From the NCBI GenBank assembly GCA_001244265.2, contig CDLV01000014.1, positions 372,001 to 436,000 of the forward strand: a stretch of DNA of 64,000 nt. Direction: 5' to 3'. The translations under genes were made by a program, and so were the position numbers. This document shows, piece by piece, positions 38,690 to 50,853 of the stretch. Position 1 is the stretch's first letter. The number at the start of each line of letters is the position of its first letter. The notes under the pieces are model-generated. The model searched no databases, was not told where the DNA came from, and saw nothing but the letters and a program-made list of their open reading frames with translations. The stretch is from Microbotryum violaceum (taxonomy: Eukaryota).

Positions 38690-39864
38690 ATGCGCTACAT
38701 CATCTTTGCCGAGCCACCCACTGCGACCCAAGTGATTGAGCGCGGCGAGAGAACGACGACCAGCGGCGGTCCTGTATGGTATCCACACCAGATCGAGCTC
38801 GTCTTCCCACCCGCGAGTCCACACCGTACGAGCGTGCTTGCTCAAGATCCCGATGTTTCGACTCAACTCGTTGGTGGTCTGAGATGGGTCGATCGAGATG
38901 AGTCGCTCTCGAGGGTGATGAGCCGGCCTTTGGGTGCTCCTGCCGCGACGGGGACGGCCCTGGATGAGGACGAGACACGGTTTGGATCGACCATCCTCGA
39001 GGAGGAATCAAAGCAAGAATTCAGTTTGGCGTCAGGTGAGAGTTTTTCCTTCCGAGCCGACATCAGGTCGTACCAGAGCTGACCTCGAACGCGGGTGAGA
39101 GCGCCATCACTGGCAGCCTTGTTCCCACCTCCATCCCAACTGCCCCCGGGACGAGCCTCCCACGAAACCCAAGCCTCCAACCCAACCACCCACGAACAAG
39201 CCCAAGATATCTCCGCCTCGTTCCTCAGTTCGGCCTCCACCGCAACGCCGACGACGTACGCCGCCTCGCAAATCGACGTCGGTCTGCCGCCCACACTGCA
39301 CTTCACCCTCCCCTCCCTCACTCCCTTTGACCGCTTCCACTCCCTCCTCCAGAACAAAACGAACGCCGTTCATCGTCTCTCGATCCTGTGCGTCGTCATC
39401 GACATCTCCGGACCTCGAAGCGTTGGACCAGGAGGGGATCTGCAGCTCTGGGAATGGACCACTCTGGACCCGCTCAGTGCGCCGAGCATGCCGGTCAAGA
39501 TCTCATTATGGGAGGGGGTCGGCAGGACCTTGAGTCAGGCGACGAGGAGGGGCGATGTCGTACTATTGACGAGTTGAGTTCTGACCAGCCGCGGTACAGT
39601 GGAAATGGCCACGACACCCCGGGGGAGCTGACTGCTTCTTCATCCCGAACCCTCCCTCGCATAGAAATGAGCCTCAAACTCTACCAAACCAATTTGCAAC
39701 TATCGACCTCACGAGAAACGCAACTCCAAATCTGTTGGAGGACCCAGGTCGTACAAGAGTATGACCTCTTGTTTCGATTCCACGAATATTGGGCTCAACA
39801 AACCAACGAGGCCAAGACGGTGTTGGCGATGAAGGATGCCTATTGTAGGTGGTTGGGAAGGTAA
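38690..39864 (+). CDS. OB-fold ssDNA-binding protein, SHLD2-like N-terminus plus a single OB fold
   Basis: Three exons; OB-like HRLSILCVVIDISGP...VKISLWEGVG...RRGDVVLLT; N-terminal MRYIIFAEPP...VWYPHQIEL. Confidence 0.6.
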
Positions 39865-40139
39865 AGGCGGATGTGTCATCACGATATGTAACCTAGTCGT
39901 ATGATCGGTGATCAGACATCCCGTCATAGCACATAGCAGTACCGGGACCCTTGTATGACTTTTGAACAAGGCTGTATTTCTGCCAGAATGGGATTCGGGT
40001 ATTACGTATGATCCCCACCGAAACTGCTGCTGCATGCTGCGCACTGCTACACTGCTACTTTTTGAACTCGCTGCGAAATCACACCCCTCGAAAGAAAAAG
40101 AAACCACCAAGCCCACTCGTGCATACCCGCCACCTCCAC

Positions 40140-42795
40140 TCATCCCTTGAGTGTCAAGTTACTCTCCCCCGTCTCGGGTACGACGCCCAACGAACTCGTC
40201 CGATCATCACTCGTCGTACGACTCCTCGTCCGACTCGTCGATCCTGATCGACTAGGCAGACCTGAACCAGCTTGCGAAGGCTCCTTCCTCAATTGGTTAG
40301 GCGAAGGACCTCTTGAAGATGTATTGGATCGTGTGTGATCGAATTCGTATTCGAGGTCGTCCAGAACTCCTCGTTCGGCTCTTGAAAGTCTCGGTCCTCC
40401 GGACTCGGCCAGTATCGTTGTATGCGCTCCTTCGGCGCCACCATCGGTCGTGAATGTCCGTACGGAAGGAGCCCTCGATGTTCTGTGCGATGATACCGAT
40501 CGGGACATCTTGAACGCCGGATCATGACGATCCAACGAGCGCGAGGTCCCACCCCAACCACGTTTGGAGCTCGTCGATCGTTTCCTACCGATCCTCCGAC
40601 TCGACGATCGTGTCCTCCCACCTTCAACACCCTCTTCCTCATCAGTGGTCGTCCCTAACAAACCCTCCTCCTCTCCCCTCCCTCTCGCACCCGTTGAGCC
40701 CCCTCTACTCAACCCCATCCTCATCATCGCCCTGTTCCGCTTCCTCTTTTCCGAATAAAGCCAACTCTGGAAAACGATCGTGATGTCGAAACATAACGTG
40801 CCCCCACTTCCCAAGAGGTAGGGCGTCGATTCAAGGAGATAGCCGACGGATTCGGTCGCCAAGGGGTTCAACAGGATGGAGATGACGTAGAGCGAATTGC
40901 CGACGAAGGCCATGATGAAGAGGATCATGGAGAGGCCGGCGACGGAACGACGGCGGAACTGAGAGAGAGAAAGAGGACGTTGTGGGTTCAATCCAACTGG
41001 AATACTAGGCACCAAGGATGGTGAACTCACATTCTGCCAAATCTGGGGTAACCTCGAGGTGAGGTACAAAGTCGTGCATGTCCATGCGCTCATACGCCCG
41101 ATGAATCGCTCCCAATCCCGTCCACTTGCCGCTTTCGGATCCACGAGATAAACAGCATCACTCATCACCACGTCATTGTCCCTCTTCTCTCCAATCGAGG
41201 CCGTCAAAGGTGACGAAGTGACCATCTCCCTCTTGCTAAGCCTGACCGTTGACTCCTGCACCCAATTCAGTTTGGGCAACCCCATCTCCCAAGCTCGCGT
41301 GCTCCCCCCGGCAAATGACCCTAACCCTTTCTCCGCTCTTCTCCCCAACGTCGTGAACGTAAAAAACAACCCCACCGAAAGGAACAACATCGAGCTTGTC
41401 CTCCTCGCCGGTGGCGGTGGTCTCGACCTCGAACTACTCCTCCCCGATCCAGATTGCTGGTGGTGATGATGATGCGAAGAAGAATGATGATGCCTCGACG
41501 TCGTCTCCCTTACGTATTGAGGTAACACGTTGGAAGGGAGATCGTTGACTCGATGAATGGATCGTCCTCGTTCGGTTTCGTCGTCTTCCTCGTCGCATTC
41601 TCCTCTCCCTCCGTCGTGACCCATTTCCAGAACCCGATCTCTCGCCTGTTGCTCCAGCTCCATCAAACTCCTCATTAAAGGTGCTGGAGACCCCGAGGCC
41701 GGCGATCCAGAGATCGTCTCTAGATTCGAAGGGTGGTGATAATGGTGCAAGTAGTGATGATGCGGGTTAAGGTTCCTCGTCATCGTTCGACCTCTTGCTT
41801 CCGATGTCGAAGCGATCGATCCCAAGGAAGAAGTCATCGTCGTCGGGATTTCGAATGGGGGTGAACTAGGACCGCTGGGCGGTGTACTCGTCGAAGGAGC
41901 CGACAAGACTTGCGATGTAGAGACAGAAAGTGTTTGAGGTGTTGTCGGGTTCGTCACAATCGAATGGGTCGTACTCGTTCGACTTGCCCTCGGGACCATC
42001 ACTTCTGAAGTGCTCGTCGACGTTCGACCATTCTTCAATGATCGAGCAGGCGTCGTCGCGTTCGAGGATTGGAACATCCAACTCGTCATCATGGGATCCT
42101 CCCCCTCAGTTTCTCCAAATTCCGGCCCATCTTCTGAAGTCAAAGCCTTGACTCGCCGCCTCGAAGGCGTCGCCGAATGTTGCTGCGACGACGAACGATA
42201 AAAACTCTTGCTTCTCCTTACGCTCGACTGGGACTCGCGATGATGGTGGTGTGGGTGAGAATGATGGTGATGATGTGTATGAGGTGTTTGAGCGTAAGGA
42301 TAGTCGATGGAAAGAGGCGGGATCGATGTCGACGGGTTCGCTCGCGAGTAGTGGAAGAATTGTGCCATGAGCATCGCGTCGATCATGACGAAGTAGGTCG
42401 CGAGGTAGGTTTGGAACGGTAGTTGGTGTGTGAGGATGCAGCTACAAGGATGAAAGATAATATGTGAGCTTGGCCTCTCTCGGACAATGCACACTGTCAC
42501 AAGACTAACCCAATCAGATTGGTAAAATCGCCGAAGAACCAGCTCACGAGAAACGGCAGTGCGATCGCCTCGCTGTGGTAGTCCACCCGCAAGATACATC
42601 ACGTCGTGTGTCAGCTCTTCGTTTCATCACATCAGCTTGAAAGGATTGTCGTTGGACTTACACCGACTTGTTGCGGTGATTCTCGAGCACCTGAGGTGCC
42701 TGAGCGCACAGCCAAGCCAGGATCGATGCGTAGCCGAACCAGGTCGACAGTTGCTCCTGCCCTTCCCACGTCATCCCCGGTAGCAGAGGCCACAT
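40140..42795 (-). CDS. PQ-loop vacuolar cationic amino-acid transporter (Ypq1/PQLC2 family) with large disordered insertions
   Basis: Exon 1 MWPLL...AWLCAQAPQVLENHRNKSV; ALPFLVSWFFGDFTNLIG; second loop LYLTSRLPQIWQN|FRRRSVAGLS; PYLLGSGGTLCFD. Confidence 0.9.
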
Positions 42796-44577
42796 GTTGA
42801 ATCCTACCCTTGGCCCAGTCGAGCTAGTATCGGGACTTGAAGAGGGGTCCTTGATGGGCTACTTTGGTGTTGAAGTAGGCTTGGCTTGCGAAGGATCACC
42901 GGCTCGAAGGAGTGTGTGGGGTAAGTTCCCGTCTTGGACGTAGATGTCGACCTCCCCAGTCTCCCTAATGAGGTAATGTCCCCAGCTGGATCGATAGACG
43001 AGGTCCACGCCGTTCAGGATGATCTTCGTCGAACTTCGAGGCCCAAGACACACGAACCCCGAGGCGACAGATCCGCTTCGCCGAGATCGGCCCTTCGATA
43101 AGGGATAGGGGAGCACGCCGGGCAGTAGATATGGGAGATCAAGCGAGTGACGGGCAAGAAAAGCCGAACGACCGGATAGAGAAGGGCCGGTCCGAGGGCT
43201 GGCTCAGGAGACACACCGCGGCAGATGGCACGAGAACAAGCGCGCCGAACGGCCGCGGCGGAGCTGAGCTGTCTGCGCTAACAAAACGAGGCAGAGGCTT
43301 TGCGGAGTCGGACGTCGACGTCGGACCGCTCCGCGTCGGACTTAACTGAAGTCGATCTCGGTGCCCCCGGTAAAGCTCGGCTACTACGTAGAAGCGGGTT
43401 TCAATGGATCCTGTAGCTTGCTCGGGACTTAAACTTGAATAAATACAAGACTCAATTTCCAAGACGGTCTACTCATTAAGCGGGTAATGGAACGGAGTTC
43501 GAGCCATCAATTCACCAATGACAATTCCGCCCGAGTAGACGCCGAGAGTCGCAGGCCGTCGGAGCCGACCCCTGTCCCTCGACTGATCCTTTCCCCAGTC
43601 CATGAGTACTTGCTCAAAGCTTTGCGGACGAAGCTCCCTGACAAGCATACCAATAGTCTTTTCTGAATCTGTATTTGGGAACCAATAAAGCCCTCAAAAG
43701 CTCGTCAACAGATCCTCGAGAACTGAATGCGGAGCTCCGATTTGCTCGCAACATCAGTCTGGCAGTCGTCACACATCCGATCAGCGATCGGGTCACGCTT
43801 GCTCTTCATTGCCCTTCGCTCGGTTCACTTTTCATCCGTCTTGCTGTCCCGATTGACCTAGAGTGCCGGGTTGGAACAGCTTTCCTCATTTCGATTGCAC
43901 CGATTCATCGCATGATCAAGCACAAACAGCTTGGGGCCAACATCGTGATCCCGTCCAAGATGCACACGCCCCACTTTAACACTCGTACTTGGGGTCCTCC
44001 CTCAGGTTGGGTGAAGTTGTACAAGAAGGAGCAAAAACAAATGGCCAGGTCTATCGATAAATAGCGCACCTCTCCGTAGCAGGGAATTCTTTGTAGATTT
44101 GCCAACTGAACTCGAGCTCCAGTCGGGACGGATCCGCTCTCAGCACTGTTCACGGAGGAATCCGCTCGGGGGAAAGCGTCGGCGAGTCGGCGAAGTATGC
44201 ACCCAACTTCTACAACTGCATGCAGGTATCAGGCCTGACCTTGCTCTGGACATCATTTGTCCCTCAAATCTGACACTTGGTTCCGATTCGTCGGCCCGAG
44301 GTGACTTTGAGCGATTGACTCGGAGTTGACTCAAGCACCTTAATTTCATGCTGCGCTAGCGAACGCGAGGAAAAAGGCTCTGCATTCGACCTCGAGCTCT
44401 ACCTCGGTGTTCCTGCTCTGCTCCTTAGCCCTCACTACTCTGCCACACTTGTCTCTTACGCCTCCTACGCCTCACACACCCCATACAAAGTCAGTCCGTA
44501 CAAAGAAGTCTCCCCATGGCATTCTTTCCTACGCTGATCGCCACTGTCACTGCACCCGTAGCACTCCATCCGATATC

Positions 44578-45490
44578 ATGCAGGCTCCTCAGCAAGGTGG
44601 CGCCCCAGCTCAGCAAGGCACCGGTGGTGATGCTCTCGATAAGGGCGTCGATGCCATCCTCAAGAAGGCTGGCAAAGGACAATCCGCCTCCACGGTCAGT
44701 CATCAACATTATGTTCCCGTCTATCGTGCTCCTCTGCGGCGGTGCATTGCGTCTGCCCGATGGGCTCGAGTGATGGCAGCCAGCCATGTCACGGGCTAGT
44801 GAGCTCGCAGCCGGCCCCGTCCCTGCGATGACGTCTTCAGAAGACTACCGACGTCGTTCGTCGCACCAATTCGATCGGCTTCAAGACGGACAGGAATCAT
44901 CAGCTCGTCAACGGTGTACATCATCGACGCATCATGGGACGTTGGAACTTTTTTTAGGACATGGTTACTGACATGTCATGACATCATATCACGTCCGCAC
45001 CGCTTGCAGACCGAGAAGATCTCCGATGGCGTCAGGTGAGTGAAATTTGACCTTGTCCGCTGCACCAAAGTAATTTGTGTCAACTCTGAACTTTGAAAGT
45101 GGTTGGACTGAGCTTATGTCACATTTTTACCAATTGCAGGACTGGCTTCAAGAAGTTGACGGTAAGACTCGATCGCCATTGAATGGTCAAGCTGATCTTT
45201 TGGGTCCATTCGACCCGGACCACCTGACCTGTCCACTGACCGAAGTTTGTTCATTGGTGCCATGTGGGACTCATTCCAATTCAAACATCGTACAGGGCAA
45301 GGTGGGTCGGCACAGCTGCCTGGACACTTCAACGCACAAGACGGGCTGTAGACTAAACAAAACCTTTTTTTCCCACCTCGCAGGATGTTCCCGTCCAGGA
45401 CAAGGTACGCTTCCACACCTCAGCTGTGGAGATACATCATCGGACTGACCCACATGCTTCGCTTCCTGTTTAATGCAGCCCATGGCTTAA
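44578..45490 (+). CDS. Small (67 aa) hydrophilic fungal protein built from 6 coding exons including micro-exons
   Basis: Exons 44578-44694, 45010-45035, 45140-45161, 45296-45301, 45384-45404 and 45479-45490 join in frame with GT-AG introns: MQAPQQGGAPAQQGTGGDALDKGVDAILKKAGKGQSASTTEKISDGVRTGFKKLTGKDVPVQDKPMA*; probable 5'UTR intron 44490-44561. Confidence 0.8.
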
Positions 45491-46088
45491 GCTTCACGAC
45501 AAGCGACCTTGAGGATCTGCTGAGCTCGATCGTCATAAGCTGCCCTTGCCGGATCCACCTCCTAGAGCCTTTCGTCTCAAATACATAACCAGAGCTTCGT
45601 AGTCCCATCTCACGTGTAATCGATAGTTATAGTTGCTAGCTTGTTTGGGGGTCAAATGCGTTTGGCATAACGGAGTTCCGCTACGCACAGACTCATGAGT
45701 CACGTGCGCTCACCGTGTTGTTTCGCCGTACGCGCAGCTGCAGGCATGGGCGGTGCGATGTACGTCAAAACTCGACCGCTCGGGCCGGGTTGTCGCGATT
45801 GAAGAATAGGGTATGTACATCGCGAGAGTGGTGAAAACAGATTGCAACGCACGTAAAATAAGACCAATGCGGAGGGAGTATACAAGAAATGAGTAAAAAT
45901 CAGAGTAGCACAAATAGTGGTGGAGGGATCGTCTCCGCAGTAATCAATGCTGTGCCCCGGGGCGATGACGTGGTGATCCCGATCCAACCTACGAGACTCC
46001 ACCTCCACACCGGTCTTTCGTTTCGTTACAGAGCGTTCCAGAGGGGGAGCAGTTGAAGTGGGTGTCGGTCAGGTGGTGAAGAAGCTGT

Positions 46089-46590
46089 TTACATGACCGT
46101 GCAAGGGATGATGCAGCACTCGCAATCGGGCTGTAGGGCACGAACCGCACCACGAACGGCGAACGGGAGTAGAATGAATGCGCGTCAGTTTCAGGATCCC
46201 CACCTCCTATTTCCCCGCCCCCCAGACCCTCGAGAGGGGGTATAGGCATCACAGCTCACGCATCCACACAATCCCAAATCGAAGCAACCTCCTTTCAACC
46301 GCATCGTCTCGACCTCTTCGGACGAATGATGATGACCGCACGCATGCGCTTCCTGTTGAGCCTGGTGCTGCGACTCGGTCGAGGTCGAGGTTGTAGTCGA
46401 GCCTGTCGATGAGGCTTGTTGTTGGTTTTGGAGGGCGGTGTGGAGGGAGGATTGAGGAGGGTAGATGGAGGTGTTGGTCACTGTGATGAAGGAAGTCGTG
46501 GCAAGGTAGTGGGTGATTAGTTCGTCGGTTGTGGTTTGCACTGCCGTTGGAGAGGAGAACGTTCACCGACTCGGCGGTCGATGACGTACT
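46089..46590 (-). CDS. 87-aa precursor-like protein: Q/S/T-rich leader, RLKGG, Cys-rich peptide, C-terminal CaaX (CTVM)
   Basis: A(46590)|gtacgt..ctaat..cacag|TG start; exon 46480-46260; intron gtgagc..ctgac..tacag; exon 46130-46089 PDCECCIIPCTVM*. Confidence 0.75.
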
Positions 46591-47328
46591 GATAGCCTTC
46601 TTGAGGAGCGTGTGAGGAGTTGAGGTGGCTTGGGCAGGGTGAAGAGCGGAAAGATGATGTCAGATGGAAGAGCGGAAAGATGAAAGGACGGGGAGATTGA
46701 GGTGTGGTGAGTGGAACAAGCACAAGAGGCTCAAGTTGAGGACGAGCGAAAAATAAAGCAGGCGCCAAGGAGAGGAGAGTATGCCGAAGCGAGGGCCAAG
46801 AAGCGAAGGCGGGCGATCGGCCGATGATACCGGCGACAGACAGGCGCACAGCCTCTCCGACAATCAAAGAACAGTCATCTGGGGACCTCATCACTCCACC
46901 AGACGCGCCGTTTCAGTTGTTGTATTTATATTCGTTGCAGACATCTCGTGAGAGAACACAATTCCACAACGAGGGTGGTTACAGATATAAAATACCCCCA
47001 AGAGCCGAAAGCCGGAAGGACGAACAAAGCGCAGACGAACAATACACCTATTAGGCGCACCCCAAAACAACGACGAAAAATGAGATCGGAGTCCCACGAA
47101 AGGAGAAGGAGACAGCTCCATGCTACTGGCACACGTACAGCAGAACGCATGGGGGAAAGCAGAGAAGGACTAATGAGTTTTTCTGGTTGTTGAGACACCT
47201 ACTTGTAGCGGGAGGAAAACGAAGCGCGGCGCACAGGGGATAGAGGTGGGAGAAGCACAAAAGGGAGTAGGACTAGTGGACGGGTCATCATTTCATGTTG
47301 TTGTGGAAGTCCGATGGATGGGAGAGGA

Positions 47329-49802
47329 TCAACCGTCGGTCGTTACGATCGTTGTTGCTTTTTCAGTCGTCGTGTCGGTCTCCTGCTTCTCCTTGGTTGA
47401 TGTAGGGCCTGCCTCTACCGCCTTTTCCTCACCCTTCTCCTTGGCCTCCTCGACCGGGGCAGCGGCAGCCTCGTTCTCCTTCAGCGCCGGGCTCGTCTTT
47501 GTTTCGACTTCCTTGGGCTCCTCCTCCACGGCTCCGGCTTCAGCTTCAGCTTCAGCTTCAGCTTCAGCTTCGGCATCGGCTTCAGGCTCCGGCTCTGGTG
47601 CTGCAGCGGCGGCGACACTCTTCCCCTTGCCATTCAAAGTGCTGGCAGACGGTGCCGACTTCCTCGGCCGAGGGGCCCCTCGACCAGCTCTTGGGACGGT
47701 CGAAGGGGCAGCAGCTGCCGTCGTACCAGGTGACGAAGGATCAGCCGCACCAGCTGCAGGTAGACTCGAGCGCGTCTTTCGACTCTTGACGGGTGGTGCA
47801 TCACGTTTCGCTCCGGGGGTAGCATTGAACGCCGCGGCTGCAGCCGCACGCCCAGCTCTCGTCTTGGTCAAAGGCGTCGCAGCAGCGGAAGCCGAACCTT
47901 CCCCACTTCCACTTTGCGGTTCCTCCCCTTCCGTGGGCGATTTTGACGACGTTGCTCGTTTAGGTGCGTTCCCACCCGCAAGAACGAGGGCGGCGTTGAA
48001 CTCTTCCTCGTTCTCGTAATCGGCTTCTCCATCCGCATCACGATCCTCATCGTACGATTCGTCCTCTTCGCCTGCCGAACTCCCCGTGCCAGCAGCTGAA
48101 GGGCGCACCTTGGCCGGCGATTTCTTGGCAGGTCTTGTTCGGTTGCGACTGGTAAGATCGCGGAAGCGCAGCTTAGTTTCCGAGGTCATCGTAAGCAATA
48201 AAGTAAAACGACTCACATATCACCCGAACCATCGCAGAGCTCCAGATGCCTAATGAGGGTGATCTTGCGCGAGAATTGTCGTTGATTGCAACGCTTGCAG
48301 TGAAAGCGCTTCTCCCCCGAGTGAACGCGACGATGACGAGCGAGCGAGGATGAATCGCTGAACGCTCGACCGCACAGGTCGCACGAGAGGGGCTTGTCGC
48401 CGGTGTGCGTACGCAGGTGGACCGTCAAAGCCGAGCGCTGTTAAGAGCAAGAGAACGACAGAGCCAAATCTCGTCAGCTTTGGACCGGAGGCATGTTGGC
48501 CCACCGTCTACGCCTCCTCACCTGAATAAACGTTTTGCCACACCCCGGCACAGGGCACGTAAATGGCCGTTCGCCCGTATGAATGCGGTAATGCCTCAAA
48601 AAATCGCTCTTGCGAACGAACGACTTGTCGCACCCTTCGTAAGGGCACGCATGCTGTTGGCCGAGTCGACCTTTTTCGGAATCAGGCGCGACCTTGGAGG
48701 CGTCGATGACCTCTTGTGTGATGAGCGATTCGGTCGCGACTTCGGTCGCTGCTTTGCTCGAACCGGCCTTGGCGTTGGCAGTCGAAGCAGTAGCTTCAAT
48801 TGAAGTAGAAGCCTCGGCATCAGCGGAAGTTGATTTCGAAGCCTCCGGTGCAGGTTCGGTGGCGGTGGTAGAGGTGGAAGCGGTCGGGGGCTCGACGGCC
48901 ACTTCCGCAGTAGCTGGGGTCGATTTCGTGGCCTTGGACGTAGGCTTTGACGGCTTGACGGCATCGGCACCATGGACGGCAATGTCGACCGGATCAGCCA
49001 AAGGATTCGAGACGGAGGTCAACTCGGGTGCGACGGGGATATCGTCCTTGTTCATCAGCGGGTTGATAGGGATCGCCGAAGCGACGAGGATGTCCTCGGG
49101 AAGAGGCACGGGTCGAGCATGCTCGTACTTGGCCGCTAGTCGACCTTTGCCCTTGGTGACTTTCCCGCTCGGTGCTGCAGCAGCCGTAGTAGTAGCGGGG
49201 GTCGTCGAGTGGTGAGAGCCGTTCGCAAAGGCGCCTTTAGTGGGCTCGGCGGCTTTGACAGTCGAGACGCGTTGGCGAGCATTCTTGGGTGTTTTGCCGA
49301 ATTGTGATTGGTGGGGAGGGTCGTCGTTGACTTGTATGCTTCCATCCGGCATCGTCAGAGGGACACCCGACGCACCAGCTACACTCCCGGGAACGAGTAC
49401 CGGCAGATCTGTCGACGAGGAGGAGGACGTTTTGTTGACGCCGGAGGTTGTGGGGAGGTCGAGACCGTACCCGATTTGGCCGAGCGATGAATGGTCACCA
49501 TTCGTCGATAGCTTTTGCTTCTTGTTCGCTGCGGACGAAGAGGAGGATTGTACGAGGGACGGGTCGAGTATGGACTCCTCGGGAGCAGCGGCGAGGTATC
49601 CACTCGGACTCTTGCGCTTGGTGATCACCGCCGAGGTCGGAACGGCAGCCGGGGCCAGGCCTTGGGAGGGCAGTGGTGGCTGTGGGGCCGGTTGCTGCTC
49701 CGAATGGGAGGGCACGGTGGCGTCGAAATTGTTGGAGACGTTGAAGAGGTGCGAGGAGAGGTTGTGGTGGGACGAGGACGAGTCCGAGGGATACGAGTCC
49801 AT
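47329..49802 (-). CDS. C2H2 zinc-finger transcription factor (4 fingers)
   Basis: [92 protein letters not shown]...HLELC; acidic/Ala-rich C-terminus. Confidence 0.92.
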
Positions 49803-50853
49803 GATCGCAAGAAGGGGGCGGGGGGTGGTCGGTGCGCGCGGGCAAGGGCTCGGGGCAGGGGCGGGGCGGGCGGGCGGGCGGGCGGGCGATGCCGGCGATG
49901 GACGAGGCGAGGCAGTCGACAGGTCAGAGCGCGAGAGACGGGGAGACGGGAGACGGGAGACGGGGCGAGACGAGAAAGAGGTCAAAGCGAGCGCGGTTCA
50001 CGAGCTGAACGAAGCTGGATGAATGCACAAGGATGATGTATCCACCCAGTCGAGCTTTTAGTGAAATGTGACAAGTCCGAGGTATCCCAACGAGGTGTGT
50101 CGAACAAGTTGCACAGATCGAGATGGGCTGTAGAGATGCGAACGAGCGGGGCCGGGTGGTATCCAGCCGACTTGAATGTGCTGCCGGTCACACAGAGAGA
50201 CGAGGTCGACGAGCAGACTAGCCTGGCTTGTGCGCAACGCTTCACGAGCGGTAACGAGCTCGCTTGCGGATCACGTCGTACAGGCGCGACAACAAGCAAA
50301 GTCGATATGAGGGAGGACGTAGGTGGGACTGCTGTCCGAGGTCGTACACGTGGTCGAGTTCGTGGCGTAGGCACAAGGTGTTCCGACTCGCGGGCGCAGA
50401 GCAAAAGCCGCGTCGAGAAAGAGGCTCGAGCTTTGGGCAACTCTTTCGGCGGGCGGCGTGGCGGCGTCGGGCGTGGCAGGGCGACTCTGGACAGGCCTGA
50501 GTTTGTGGTCGGCGCGCCGCACTCTGCGGCACTCACCGCAGTCCTGTCAAGTGGGAAACGTCCTCTAAGCCACCGTTGAGCCGTTACTCCTGAAACTTTG
50601 TTTCCAGTGGTCTTGACAAATTTTGCAAATATCATCGGCATCTACCCAACTTGTGTTGAATTTTGGCATGTGCGCTCCGGGGTTTTCCGGCGGCGGGGGT
50701 CGAGACCGTGCCGACGATGAGCGCTGAGCGGTGCGCCGGAAGCATGCAGGTGATAGACTTCCTCCCTCCCCTCGTCTCGCTTTACCCACCCCACCCTGAA
50801 CTGCACGGGCCGCAGCATTACCCGAACCCGTCGCCCCGGTACGCTCAACGACG

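Noticed and set aside
43410-43510. B-box-like GTTCGAGCC suggesting a tRNA
   Set aside because: No cloverleaf stems or convincing A-box
43518-44064. Possible small exons/ORFs between the PQ-loop gene and the micro-exon gene
   Set aside because: Could not assemble a coherent spliced ORF or recognise motifs
46089-46590. Mating pheromone / MAT locus interpretation of the CaaX gene
   Set aside because: No repeated pheromone units, the core is Cys-rich, and no STE3 receptor or homeodomain genes are in the window
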